Origin: Octopus vulgaris
Lineage: Eukaryota
Direction: 5' to 3'
Length of the DNA: 64,000 bases
NCBI GenBank assembly: GCA_951406725.2
Contig: OX597833.1
Coordinates: 42,160,001 to 42,224,000 of the forward strand
Notes under the pieces: generated by a model
Seen by the model: the letters and a program-made list of their open reading frames with translations, nothing else
Told to the model about the DNA's origin: nothing
Database searches by the model: none
Position numbers and translations under genes: made by a program
Shown: positions 51,710 to 64,000 of the stretch, in pieces
Position numbering within the stretch: the first letter of the stretch is position 1
Layout: each line of letters starts with the position of its first letter

Positions 51710-52000
51710 CCTGGTACTTATTCTATTTGTCTTTTTTGCCGAACCACTAAGTGACGGGGACGTAAACACACCAGCATTGGTTGTCAAGCGATTTTGGGGG
51801 GGACAAACATGGGCACATAAACATATACACACATATATACAACGGGCTTCTTTCAGTTTCCGTCAACCAAATCCACTCACAAAGCTTTGGTGGCCCGAGG
51901 CTATAGTAAAGACACTTGCCCAAGGTGCCTTGCAGAGGGACTGAACCTGGAACCATGTGGTTGGTAAGCAAGCTACTTACTACACAGCCACTCCTGCACC
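51710..52000 (-). mobile_element. SINE family A (3'-truncated)
   Basis: Homology to 39166-39619. Confidence 0.85.
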
Positions 52001-53653
52001 TATGTTAGCTCTGACCAAGCAGAACTACTAAGACATATTAACTTTGAGCATCATGTCTTTTGACTATGTGCAGGGAACTCAGGGCTGCATTATCCAACAT
52101 ATCCTTTTCCAAAGTAGTCGATTATGATATTAGAGAGATTTCGCTACTATTTTTCACTGATTGAGGGACCTCATTAACTGATTAATTAGAGTAAAGAGTG
52201 GAGTGGTCTTCATGAATTTTGCAGGCCTCTTCCTAGGCTGATGAGATCAATGCTTTAACATTTGTAAGTAAATATTTAAAAACATGGAAATATCTGTAAA
52301 CAAAACACGGGTAGAGAAGGAGTCATTGCAGAGGTTTGCAGTTCTGTTTAGGAAAGACTTGAAAAGTGGGTACCCAATTAGGGTAGCATGAAGTGGAGGG
52401 ACAGCTTGTGTGGAAGAGAATATATACTTTTCTAGTTCTCAGGAGAAGATCCTGTTCTAGTAGCAATAGAAATAACAAAGAGAAAAACAGAAAGAGCAGT
52501 GTCTGTTAGATAGTTGGTGTAGTGTCTTGATGAATGAATCATTGATTCATTGAATGGCCTTAAGGATATGGTCTAGTGTGTGTGTGTATGTGTGTGTAGC
52601 AGTACCACTGTCCCGTTAGTGACCTGTATCATACTTTATTGAAACTTATTTACAGGTTGTTTTTAGTCTTTATATCTTCAAGGTCATTAAAGAAGGTACC
52701 AGTAAAATACTGAGGTTCAGTTAGTTAAGTCTAAAAGCAAACAAATGTGTCTTGTGACCTAATGAATAATATAATTTCCATTAATTCTGTTTGTTGGTAG
52801 TTTTACATTTTATATAGTATAGTGACATTAATGAGTGGAATTAATATTTTAGCAGCATAAAATCAATATATCATCTAGGAAAACAATATTTTAGCAGAAT
52901 GTAGTCTTAAATCATATATAGTAGTGGTAATAGTAGTATTAGTTGGTATTCTCTGAGAATTGCTGCTTTTATAGATACAGTGAATAATGTAGTCCCCCCC
53001 TGCTCCCCAAGGAAAAAAAAAGATGGTTACATCTGAAATGTTCTTCTTCAAAGGTCTGCTGGATCACAGATAATCTGGGACTAAACAACGAATAAACTGT
53101 AAAACATGGCCAGTTAGCAATAGTAGCAAAACCTCTCTCAAATCAATCAAACTGTATCATTTTGGAAAGAGAAAAGACATATTGGATGATGTAGTCCTAG
53201 ATACACTAGGATGTGTATGACTGGAATGTTTTTGATTCATAAGATTACTGAATCAAGGCTGACATTTGGCTAAACAACAACAGCAATTAAGAAGGACACC
53301 TTTGATAATGTAATCCAATATAAAACTATTGTCTGAATAATAGACTGCTTGATTAAGGTTGACTTAATGCTAAGCAATAACAACAATAACACTTGTTCTC
53401 ACAAAACAACAAACAACAAGGATAACTGAATGTTTTGGTATTATATTGAATTGTCTTTGATCACAAGTCTGCTTGATCGAAGATGACATGTGGCTAAAAA
53501 ACAACTGGGAAAAACTCATTGAATAATATATAAATTATATAACTTCATTAGCTTAATTTAATGCTTTCATATGGCAGATGAAATTTGTTAAGGCAGGCTT
53601 TCTGTGGCCAGATGCCTTTCCTGTTGCCAACCATCACCTGTTTCCATGCAATG

Positions 53654-54051
53654 GGATCTTTTCGGTTTGAATGGCAGTTTTTAACATAATTTCTAGGTAA
53701 CAAAAAATTTTAAACTTTGTATACTGATAGAATGTGTTTATAAAACATCTTTTTCTCTTGGCTTTATTGAGAAAATTCTATAGTTTGTAAGATATTTGTT
53801 GTTTTTTTTTCTTCAGTTTCTGCAATTCAACCAATCACTGACGTCTATTGAAGTAAAAAAACATTCTGTGCCGTATGAATATGTCCCTCATTTAAGAAAC
53901 AGATTGGGTTTATTTACATTTGTGAAGAAAAAAGATACCCTAACCCTAAAACAGATTGAAATGCAATAGATCGATACTAGGGTCATAATTATGGGTGACA
54001 ATTTCATCTGACACCACTAGAAAAAAACTGCCGTTCAAACCGAAAAGATCC
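53654..54051. mobile_element. MITE with ~29-bp TIRs, superfamily uncertain
   Basis: GGATCTTTTCGGTTTGAATGGCAGTTTTT / AAAAACTGCCGTTCAAACCGAAAAGATCC. Interrupts an older repeat similar to 38470-38660. Confidence 0.85.
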
Positions 54052-54664
54052 ATTTGCCCAGGGTCAGACATGTTTTTCATGGAAGACAGAAAGTGAACAA
54101 CATCCTTTGCTGGATAGTGTTGCTTGTTTACAATCATCACATGATGTCAACACACTCAAACACACACACATATGACAGGCTTCTTTCAGTTTTTGCTTAC
54201 TCAATTCACTTGTAAGGGTTTGATTGACCCAGGGCTATAGTAGAAAACACTTGCCCAAGGTGCTGTGCAGTACAACTGAACCTGGGATTACATTGCTGGA
54301 AGCTAGCTCAAATATTTTTTCATATAAAAGATTCTTTTTTTAATCATTTTTATACAAAAGCACAAAAATCAACTGCACCATAATATGCATGTAGCTTTAC
54401 TAGGGACTACATTAAAAAAGTCACACCTGACAAAAATCAACTATGTTACAAATGTTTGTTGACATATGTAAGGTTTTTAAAAAATTTTTCTATAGTAAGT
54501 ACTAAATCAGTCTTCTGCTTAAGAAATAAATCAATAAAGTACCAGACATAGTATTTGTGAGTGTCACAATCTATTGGCTTATAGGGTGCCACATAGGGGT
54601 TATACCTTCATGTTGGCCTGGCAGAGTCCACCTTTCTTCAAGTTATTATTCATGTTATTATATA

Positions 54665-55062
54665 GGTGTAGGAGTGGTTGTGTGCTAAGTAGCTTGCTTA
54701 CAAACCGCATGGTTCCAGGTTCAGTCCCACTGCATAGCACCTTGGGTAAGTGTCTTCTACTATAGCCTCAGGCCGACCAAAGCCTTGTGAGTGGATTTGG
54801 TAGACGGAAACTGAAAGAAGCCCGTCGTATATATGTATATATATATATATATGTGTGTGTGTGTTTGTCTGTGTTTGTTCCCCCAACATCACTTGACAAC
54901 CGATGCTGGTGTGTTTACATCCTTGTAACTTAGTGGTTCGGCAAAAGTGACCGATAGAATAAGTACTAGTCTTACAAAGAATAAGTCCTGGGGTTGATTT
55001 GCTCGACTAAAGGCGGTGCTCCAGCATGGCCACAGTCACACGACTGAAACAAGTAAAAGAGT
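54665..55062 (+). mobile_element. Full-length SINE family A
   Basis: A/B boxes through to the GAAACAAGTAAAAGAGT tail. Confidence 0.9.
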
Positions 55063-56208
55063 ATGCGAGGATCCTTGGAGCTATATCATCTTGTCTCCAT
55101 TGACAGTTTGGCAGGCTGAGACAACATTAAGTTTTTTTTTAATGCTGACATGGTGTTGGTCATGTAATATTGGTTTCAAATTTTGGTACAAAGCCAGCAA
55201 TTTCAAGGAAGAGTAAGTCAGGTACTTATTTAATCAACCCTGAAGGATGAAAGGCAAAGTCGACCATAGCAGAATTTGAACTCTGAATGTGAAAATGGAT
55301 GAAATGTTACTAAGTACTTTGCCCAGTGTGCTAAAGATTCTTGCAGCTCATCACCTTATGTTAGTCAGGTAATATGAAACTGATGAAACACTACTTCCAG
55401 TACTTTTAGTAGTGAGTTGTGCATTTATATGTTGTTACCACTTAAAGCTAGCTGGATTGGTCCATCTAAGAAGTGGCCTGGGCATTGACACTGTTGCTAT
55501 CAGGTCACTGCTAAAAGTCAAATAGACACTATTGATCTGAATTATTCTAAGTTTATTAATTTAACTGCTTAGTTATTAAGTGGCTCTTAGACTGAAGTAA
55601 AGTACCTTGCTGAAGGGTTCAAAGCCATAGAAAAACAGTAGAATAAGTTCCTCATTGTATAATTTCAGGTCATTATAGTACACCCCCACCCCCCTGATAT
55701 TTGAAATCTGGAAAGAATATAAAATATGTCTGTGATAAATTTAAATTAGTAAAATTACAGTTTTTAATGCTCCCACTGTGAAACTTTAAACAGCTATAAA
55801 TGTACCTTAAATGTACTCTCTTCACTCATAGAAAAGCTATTATTGAAGGTGGTGTGATTAGATGACTTATAAATATTTATGCACAATACAGTGTGTAGTA
55901 GAAAACTGAAATAAATTTAAAGTAGCTAAACTACTGTTTAGCTACAACAGCATGATTCAGTATTTAATCATGCTGATAGCAAACACCTGGTATACAAACC
56001 AGTCTGTCTGTTAACAGCTAAGTTTTAGTTTATGTTTGATGTAAATAGTACTTGCTATAAGTTCTCTTTGTGGGTAGAAAGGTGAGAAGGTATTTGTGTT
56101 GCAATGAGTGATCAAAAAACTGGAACATGTCAGGAACATCTTTAAGTTTTCTGTGTGGATATTACTATCTTGAGTCTTAGGACTCATTGTGTCAGCTTCC
56201 TGGTTTCC

Positions 56209-56614
56209 CTGTGCCGGTGGCACATAAAGAGCACCATCCGATCGTGGCCGTTGCCAGCCTGGCCTGGCCCCCGTGCCGGTGGCACGTAAAAAGCACCATC
56301 CGATCGTGGCCGTTGCCAGCCTCGCCTGGCCCTCATGCCGGTGGCACGTAAAAAGCACCATCCGATCATGGCTGTTGCCAGCCTCGCCTGGCCCCCATGC
56401 CGGTGGAACGTAAAAAGCACCATCCGACCGTGGCCGTTTGCCAGCCCCATCTGGCACGTAAAAAGCATCCACTACACTCACGGAGTGGTTGGTGTTAAGA
56501 AGGGTATCCAGCCGTAGAAACATTGCCAGATCAGACTGGGCCTGGTGCAGCCTTCTGGCTTCCCAGACCCCAGTGAACCGTCCAACCCATGCTAGCATGG
56601 AAAGTGGACGCTAA
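56209..56614 (+). mobile_element. RTE 3' UTR fragment with four ~60-bp tandem units
   Basis: Repeated GTGCCGGTGGCACGTAAAAAGCACCATCCGATCGTGGCCGTTGCCAGCCT. Confidence 0.8.
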
Positions 56615-57093
56615 AACAGACATGGAATATAAGTGACCAAGAACACAACATTCTCCCTGAACTGGATGCCAGTCTATTACAAAGTTTATATCTAGTTTAT
56701 ATACAACTGACTGTATTGGAGCAATGTGAAATGAAGTGTTTTGCTCAAGAGCACATTGCAGCACCTGGTCCGAGAATCAAAACCAGACTGCAAGATCATG
56801 AGTGCAATATCCTAACCACTAGGCCACACACCTTCATGCAGCTTTCTGTGTGAGAAGAGAATAACAAGATATATTTACATCTGTTTAAAGTTTAACTGTG
56901 AAGGCTTTACAAACTCCTCTTTGGCTACTTAAGTTATCTGAGGTTTCTGATACAAGTTGCATTGCGCACAATATATAATTATTAATATAAAACTATGTTT
57001 GATCTGAGATAGAGTTATCATTAAGATATACAAATATCTTCCATGAGATTCAGATATATTTTTAACAAAGTTTTGGACCTATTTTGTTTCTTT

Positions 57094-57937
57094 TTAACCC
57101 TTTCATTATCATATTTCTTTTGGAACACCGTGTTTTTGTTTCAATTAATTTTGAGCATTGTTATATGGGAAAATGTTCTCATTGAAGAAGAAAGGAAAGG
57201 CCTATAGGAGTTGTGTGAGAGCTGCAATGCTGTATGGGAGTGAGACATGGTGCTTGAGGGAGATAGAGATGGCAATTTTGAGAAGGACTGAGAGAGCAAT
57301 GGTGAGAGAAATGTGTAGCATGAGGCTGTTTGATAAGTGGAGGACTGAGGACTTGATGGGGATGCTGGGCTTGGAGGAATCAGTGGAATGGCTGGCATGG
57401 GTGAATGGAGTGTGGTAGTATGGGCATGTGTTGAGGAGGGATGAGGAGCATGTTCTGAAGAGGGTGCTAAAATTTGAGGTAAATGGACAGTGAAAGCGAG
57501 ATAGACCAAGGAAAATGTTGAAGGAACACGTAGAGGAGGAGATTGGGAGGGTTGGCTTGAGAAAGGAGGATGCTAAAACTGGGTGAGATGGTGTGAGGGC
57601 AGTTGCTATGGCATTGAGGCAGCCTGCCCCCCCCAAGCGTTAATGGGGACAAAACCCTGCCCCCCCCCAAGCGTTAATGGGGACAAAACCCAGATTCAAA
57701 ACGATGGGTGATGATGATGATGATGAAGGACTTAATGAAACAGTTTTGACATTATTAAACTTTAAAAATGATGAAGAATTTAGTAAAATAATTTTTATCA
57801 TTATTAAGCTTGTATTTGGAACATAAATTAATGTGGAATTTTGATTAAAGATTTTAATTTATATCACTTTGAAACAGTAAATTTATGTCATAGAACCAAG
57901 GGTGGTTTTGGTTGGATTGGTATCAAAAGGGTTTAAA
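57094..57937. mobile_element. TTAA-type MITE interrupted by an RTE fragment
   Basis: TTAACCCTTTCATTATC ... GGTATCAAAAGGGTTTAA; internal sequence resembles 59975-60202. Confidence 0.65.
57158..57726 (+). mobile_element. RTE-clade LINE 3' fragment
   Basis: KGKAYRSCVRAAMLYGSETW..RRTERAMVR, YGHVLRRDEEHVLKRVL, a ~33-bp tandem duplication and a (GAT)n tail. Confidence 0.88.
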
Positions 57938-58014
57938 TGGTTCCACCTCTTTTGGTATAAAAACATCTGTCTCCAAAGAGTTAAGTAACAGTGAAAATTT
58001 GTCTTCATGTAAGT

Positions 58015-58400
58015 GAGTGGCTGTGTGGTAAGTAGCTTGCTTACCAACCACATGGTTCCAGGTTCAGTCCCACTGCATAGCACCCTGGGCAAGTGTCTTC
58101 GACTATAGCCTCAGGCCGACCAAAACCTTGTGAGTGGATTTGGTAGACAGAAACTGAAAGAAGCCTGTCGTATATATATATATGTGTGTGTGTGTTTGCG
58201 TGTCTGTGTTTGTCCCCCGAACATTGCTTGACAACCGATGCTGCTGTGCTTACGTCCCCGTAACTTAGTAGTTTGGCAATAGCGACCGATAGAATAAGTA
58301 CTAGGCTTACAAAGAATAAGTCCTGGGGTCGATTTGCTCGACTAAAGGCGGTGCTCCAGCATGGCCGCAGTCAAATGACTGAAACAAGTAAAAGAGAAAG
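58015..58400 (+). mobile_element. SINE family A
   Basis: Homology to 54665-55062. Confidence 0.88.
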
Positions 58401-58479
58401 AGAAAAAACTCTTTAATGAGAAAGCAAGCCTGGTTGTGTCCAAATTTCTCCAGAAGTTTTGAATTTTGTTTGGGTAGGT

Positions 58480-58810
58480 CTCATCATCATCATCATCATC
58501 ATTTAGCGTCCGTTCTCCATGCTAGCATGGGTTGGACGGTTCAACTGGGGTCTGTGAAGCTGGAAGGCTTCATCAGGCCCAGTCAGATCTGGCAGTGTTT
58601 CTACGGCTGGATGCCCTTCCTAACGCCAACCACTCCGTGAGTGTAGTGGGTGCTTTTTACATGCCACCCGCACAGGTGCCAGACAGAGCTGGCAAACGGC
58701 CACCAACGGATGGTGCTTTTGCGTGTCACCGGCACGGGGGCCAGGCGAGGCTGGCAACGGACACGAACGGATGGTGCTTTTACGTGCCACCAACACGGGG
58801 GCCAGACAGA
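58480..58810 (-). mobile_element. RTE 3' UTR fragment
   Basis: (CAT)n plus UTR with tandem units. Confidence 0.75.
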
Positions 58811-59974
58811 GCTGATTTCCATCAATGAGCTGCAACAAAACAAACAGGACCATTGAGAATTTTTTTTTTTTCAGTCATGCAGCATTGGTAACAGTTAATG
58901 TGGGGTACCCTCTATGTAGTGGCTCAACCTGCTTGAAATAGCAGCTTTGTATCCCTCAGTTCACATGATATTATTTTAAACGTAAACACATTGAATAATA
59001 TAGTTCAGGTTACACTATGCCTAGAAAAAAAGATGTGATGGTCTTAGCTGGAATGCCTTTGATTATAGATCAGCTGGATCAAGGCTGACTTGTGGTGGTG
59101 GTGACAAGCTAGACAACAGTACAATCTATCACTCTGTCTGTAAGTCTATGACCTCCTAACCCAGATTCAATTTAGGAACAAAACACCCACCAGAATATAC
59201 TTTCTAAAAAAATATTTACTTCACTTGAGAAAAATGTTGACTGCACATTTTCAAGTTGAACCTGTTCTATCATAGTAAATAACTTTGAATGTTAATGTTC
59301 AACATTCCAGTTATTTTCTAAGGAAAAGACTTTTGCTTTGTCATTTTATGTAAGCTCTAAGTTATCTCCCTTGAATAAGAAGCTCAGCTCCTGTAGATTA
59401 ACATAATGAAGAAAAATTTCATTTGAATTGATGTGAGTTGATCAATATAAGAGCAATGGAAACATAACTATTTATTCTTTTAATCAATCGTAATATAAAA
59501 CCATGACTGATATTGTGAGTAAACAATTTAAATATAGCTAAGTATGAAAATGTTGAAGAATGTAACTTAGGTTCATTCATATATTTTATTAATCCTTTTG
59601 CTACCAGTCAGTTAAAAAAATAATGAAGATTTTTGTTAAGTTGTGTTAAGCTGGTGTTTAGAACATAAATTTGTGTGAAATTTTGATGGAAGGTTTTATT
59701 TTAAAAGATACAAATGACAGAGGCAGCATTAATACCAAGAGGTAATATTTATCCCTACTTAAACATGGATGTCCTATTAGAACAGACTATACTGCGGTAG
59801 TTACCCCGAGAGAAACTCTCAAATTGACCTTTTGTCTCCCTGCTAGCGATATAAATAAGAGTGCATTTTGCATCAAAAGGCCAATATGAGAGTTTCTCGC
59901 ATTGGTAACAGTTTGTTCTATCTAACAGAACATCCACGTTTAAGTGGAGATAAATATTATCTCTCATTTTAATT

Positions 59975-60427
59975 TAACCCTTTTGTTACCGTATTTCTGT
60001 TGAGATGTTCTGTGTTTCTTTCAATTATTTTAAATATAACAAAGAATTTAGTAAAATAACTTCGTTATCATTAAGCTGGTGTTAGGAACATAAATTGTGA
60101 CTAAGGTTTGTTGAAAGATTTTAATTCAGAACTTTTGAAAACAAGACATTTGTACTACAGAGCCACAGGCGGTTTTAGCCGGGTTGGTAACGAAAGGGTC
60201 AACCCTTTAGCATTTAAACCGGCCATATCCGTCCAAAAGTATTCTGCCTGTTTTATGTTCAAACTGGCTAGATCTGGTCTCTTACACCAGCCCTACAATA
60301 TTGTTTTAAAAATTAACAGCTACCTCATCAAAATCTCATAGCTACAAGGTAATGCATGATTAGTTCAAAACAAAGTGGATAAAGAAGCATTAATTTTGGC
60401 AGAATAATGTGAACACTAAAGGGTTAA
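59975..60427. mobile_element. Two adjacent TTAA-type MITEs sharing one site, nested in an older MITE ending at ~60500
   Basis: TTAA-CCCTTTTGTTACC..GGTAACGAAAGGG-TCAA-CCCTTTAGCATT..CACTAAAGGG-TTAA. Confidence 0.8.
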
Positions 60428-61765
60428 ACCATTTTAAAAGTGGAAGTTTGTATCATAGAACCACGAGTGGTCTCTGATGGGCAGGTATCAAATGGGTTAA
60501 ACACCAAACTCAGTCTACTTGCCTGGAAATAAATACCAGTGTGTTGTTGCAATCTGGCAACATTATAAGGTGGATGATTTGTTTGTTAGCTTGCCATATA
60601 AAGTTCAGTTCCTACTTATTGCTGCTGTTGTTTATTAGTTCCATGCTGACGATTCTAGGAGGCCCATAATCAAAGTGTTTCAGGCAAGTCCTCTTTATCT
60701 TTTTAAAGATATGTGGAAAGATGTTATCTTATGTGGTCTCTCCTTATTTAAAAGGGTAGGGTGTGGTTTGGCCGCTATTTTTAGCAGGTTGAGCGATTGT
60801 GTAGAGGTACCCTCTTTAGTATAGTCTCTTCTAAGTTGATTTGCCCCTAGATGTATAATATCATCATCATCATCATTGTTTAACATCCATGCTGTGGGTG
60901 GATGGTTTGACAAGATTTGACTAGCCTGAGGGCTGTGTTGGTCTCCATTGTCTGCTTTGACAAGCTTTCCATGGCTGGATGCCAACCACTTTACAGAGTG
61001 TACTGGGTGCTCTTTTTCATGGCACCTGCACAAGTGGGGTCACCAAGTAACACACTAGACAAAACTTCTTCACTGAGTGGGAAATGGCATTGTGCTATGT
61101 ACAGAAAAGCTAAAAATAGGAAAGAGGAACAGGTGTCTTGCTGTAGAAGAGATACATGGGTACCCCAGCAAAAAAGGGGGAAAAGGTGGTGGAGATGAGA
61201 TATCAGAGCATATCCTCAAGGTACAATAAGGTGCATCGAGAGAGAATAGGATAGGAAGTTGGGCAGAGTATATGAGTATAAATTCTTCACTTGTCACAAA
61301 ATAATCTGATGGGATATGAGTTTCAGTACCATGTTAGTATAACGATTTTTAACACTGATTAAGCAAATTTGTTGATACAGTTTAGCCCTAGGTCAACTCT
61401 TATTAAACAAACCATTGGCACTTAGTTGATCAAACGGCTAGGTATAACCCACACATTTATTGCTACTGATATTCCATACTGAAATTTGTAGACGTCCATA
61501 ATTACAATTAAACATGTTGCACTCTCTCCACTGTCCAGTCTATTTCTTTATTTTGTATGCAGGTGTCATGCTGTGGAGTTGGTGTTCCCCTTCACTTATG
61601 AGTGGAGGTGTGTATCTCAACAGTCTTTTTTTTTTTTTTTGGCTCCTGTCACTATTAGTGCTGCTGCTACCTCTGTAATTGTGTTTGTTTGCACTGAGTT
61701 GGAGAGACTGTTCTTAGGATGGTGCAGTAGTAGTGTTTTGAAGTGTTTAGATGTGATTATACATC

Positions 61766-61990
61766 GAGCTGGCAGACTCGTTAGCGCGCCGGGCGAAATG
61801 CTTAGCAGTATTTCGTCTGTCATTACGTTCCAAGTTCAAATTCCACCGAGGTCGACTTTGCCTTTCATCCTTTCGGGGTCGATAAATTAAGTACCAGTTA
61901 CGCACTGGAATCGATGTAATCGTCTTAATCCCTTTGTCTGTCCTTGTTTGTCCCCTCTGTGTTTAGCCCTTTGTGGGTAGTAAAGAAATA
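61766..61990 (+). mobile_element. SINE family B
   Basis: Homology to 35052-35239 and 43404-43635. Confidence 0.85.
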
Positions 61991-62339
61991 TAAATATATA
62001 CATGTAGTGGTGGGGACTGTGAAAGTAATAGAAAGCCATTTAAAACAGCATCACATACTTCCATCATATAAAAAAATAAGTCTAGAAGATTTTATCCTTG
62101 ATATCACAAGCCCACACATTCTTCTCTCCAATTTACAATATAGATTCAGAATTGCAGGAACTGGTGCAGCAATGCACCAGCTTCAGCATTTGATCATCAT
62201 CAGAAGGTGTAAAAGCCAAACTCACTATCTTGAATTTGGTGTTCATGCCTATCCTTACCTATGCTCATGAATCTTGGGTTATAACTGAAAGAATACAATT
62301 GTGAATACAAGTAGTCATTGGTTCTATGAAGTAATGTTA

Positions 62340-62700
62340 CTTGGTAGAGTGCTTAGCTCAGAGACGAGAGAGCTGCTCCAGTTAGAATTGTTACTTCTCT
62401 GAATTGGGAGATCACAGCCCTGGTATTATGGACATGTGGTAAGAATACCTTAGAGGGCAAATAAAACAAAACCGACTGGACAAGTTTTATAGGCAAAACA
62501 AACCAGTAGAAGACCCAGGGGTAGACCATGAGCAAGATGGTTGGATAACATCCATGAGCTTAGTTGGTCTCTCTTTGGGATCCAGCCAGGTTAATTGGTT
62601 GCTTCTGACAGAACCTGATGGAAAGCACGCTTGACTCTGCCCCCATGACCCTCCCAGGACTAAGTGAATGAAGATTAGATAAGATGAGATTCAGATGACA
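62340..62700 (+). mobile_element. Old RTE-clade LINE 3' fragment
   Basis: Degenerate YYGHVVRIP...RRPRGRP*ARWLDNIHELSWSLFGI. Confidence 0.7.
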
Positions 62701-64000
62701 CCACTCTCAAACCTTACACAAAGACTAAGAGTAGGCAATGGCTTGAACAACAAGAAAAACCCTCTATGCATCATTCCAACTATCAGGAGTTGCACATGAT
62801 TCAGTTATAGGATAAGGATTTGTTCTATCAGCTGAAGGCTTGATGGTTCACGCCCTATTAATGATACTGCAGTGTCTTTGGCTATGACAACTGACTCAAC
62901 TAACCTAGTCAATATAGCTCATTAGTACCATAGAGAGGTACAGTTCATTGCTGCCTGTAGTAGACTTAACTGCATATTCAGTAATTAAAGTAGATGATGT
63001 GTATGCCATAGTGTGAGATGACATATTTAGAATAGGGCTCTTCATTAAAGCATAAATTAGAAGTTGAAGTATAGGGTTGAATATTCACTTCATAGTTCTT
63101 CATTGGGAAAAGTATTAATCAACATTTCACCTTACACAAGAACAACATATACTGGTTCAGTTTTTAGCTGTACTCTGATTCTTACTGATACATCACCCTA
63201 ATTAGATTACCAATACTGATGAATATTTCTCTGTTTGATCAAGTATATATAATAAATCTAGGGTTTCATTTGTACATAGAGAAAGCTGAGCTCATAGCTT
63301 TCCATGGGCAAAATATGCAATATCGTGGATTAACATTTTTGGAGTTAAAGTAAACTCTTGGAATCTATGACTTTTTACAATAGATTAAAATGGTGACACC
63401 CAAATTGTTCCTTTACTTTTCAGTCGGGATTTATCATAAAATGCAAATAATTTTAAATACTCTTAGTTACTAATTTTCAAATACTAAATAATAAAATGAA
63501 TGTCAAAAAAAAAAAAAAAATTGCAGCTGTAATTTGCATTTACATTTAATTATTGAATTTGATTGAATAAGCAGCTGCACCTCATTTAATGAGCGTTGCA
63601 AATAACTGGAATTAGTTGGTTGTTGGACTGTTTGCTTAAAGGTCTACAGGTCATTGTCCCTAGCACTGTAGCTTGTTCCACTTTAGCTGTAAATAGGTAC
63701 CTTAAGTATATGATGCTCAATTACATACTTGGAATACTAAAAATAGCAGCTAAATTCTTTCATATCACACCATACCATCTTAAAAAAGAAAAGACAATTG
63801 GATAGGAGATGCGAACATTGCTGAGGTGTGCAGTGTAGATTCTATTTGCATGTAAAAAAAACTCATGAATCAATTTCCAGTTATTTCATCATTACTCTTC
63901 CAATATGTTTGAATCTTGCATCATGCATTTAAATGAGAGAAGCTCTATGTGACTACTTGACCTACTGGAAATAGCTAGAGAAGCACCCGCACCTTAAAAG

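Noticed and set aside
56209-56460. Regular ~60-bp repeats resembling a CRISPR array
   Set aside because: Whole units repeat with no unique spacers, there are no cas genes, and the array lies in a dispersed eukaryotic LINE UTR.
61944-62270. 108-aa ORF
   Set aside because: Starts inside a SINE tail and has no recognisable domain or splice signals.

Overview
AT-rich eukaryotic DNA, mostly intronic or intergenic. It is dominated by (TA)n, (CA)n, (TATG)n and (GAT)n microsatellites and nested transposons; the repeat spectrum suggests an octopus/coleoid cephalopod genome (inference). Nearly all ORFs in the supplied track are repeat artefacts. Recognisable coding remnants are two DD37D (maT/mariner) transposases, an uninterrupted 5'-truncated CR1-type RT, several RTE LINE pieces, an R4/Dong-like RLE end, a Gypsy gag-protease remnant with one LTR, a CCHC ORF1-only element and a Penelope-like GIY-YIG end. 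Also present are three tRNA-type SINE families, hAT, mariner and piggyBac-type MITEs and a Helitron. A CpG-rich region near 20.4-21.3 kb looks like the 5' end of a + strand host gene, with a possible further exon at 48.4-48.5 kb. The most notable signal is about ten loci, in at least five sequence families, carrying minimal or variant hammerhead-ribozyme motifs in Penelope-like terminal repeats, mostly in (TA)n tracts. Three of these form fold-back hairpins, and one ends a Penelope-like copy whose endonuclease is followed by a ~2.7 kb C/A-rich tract with two structured GC islands. All calls were made by eye; no searches or folding programs were run.
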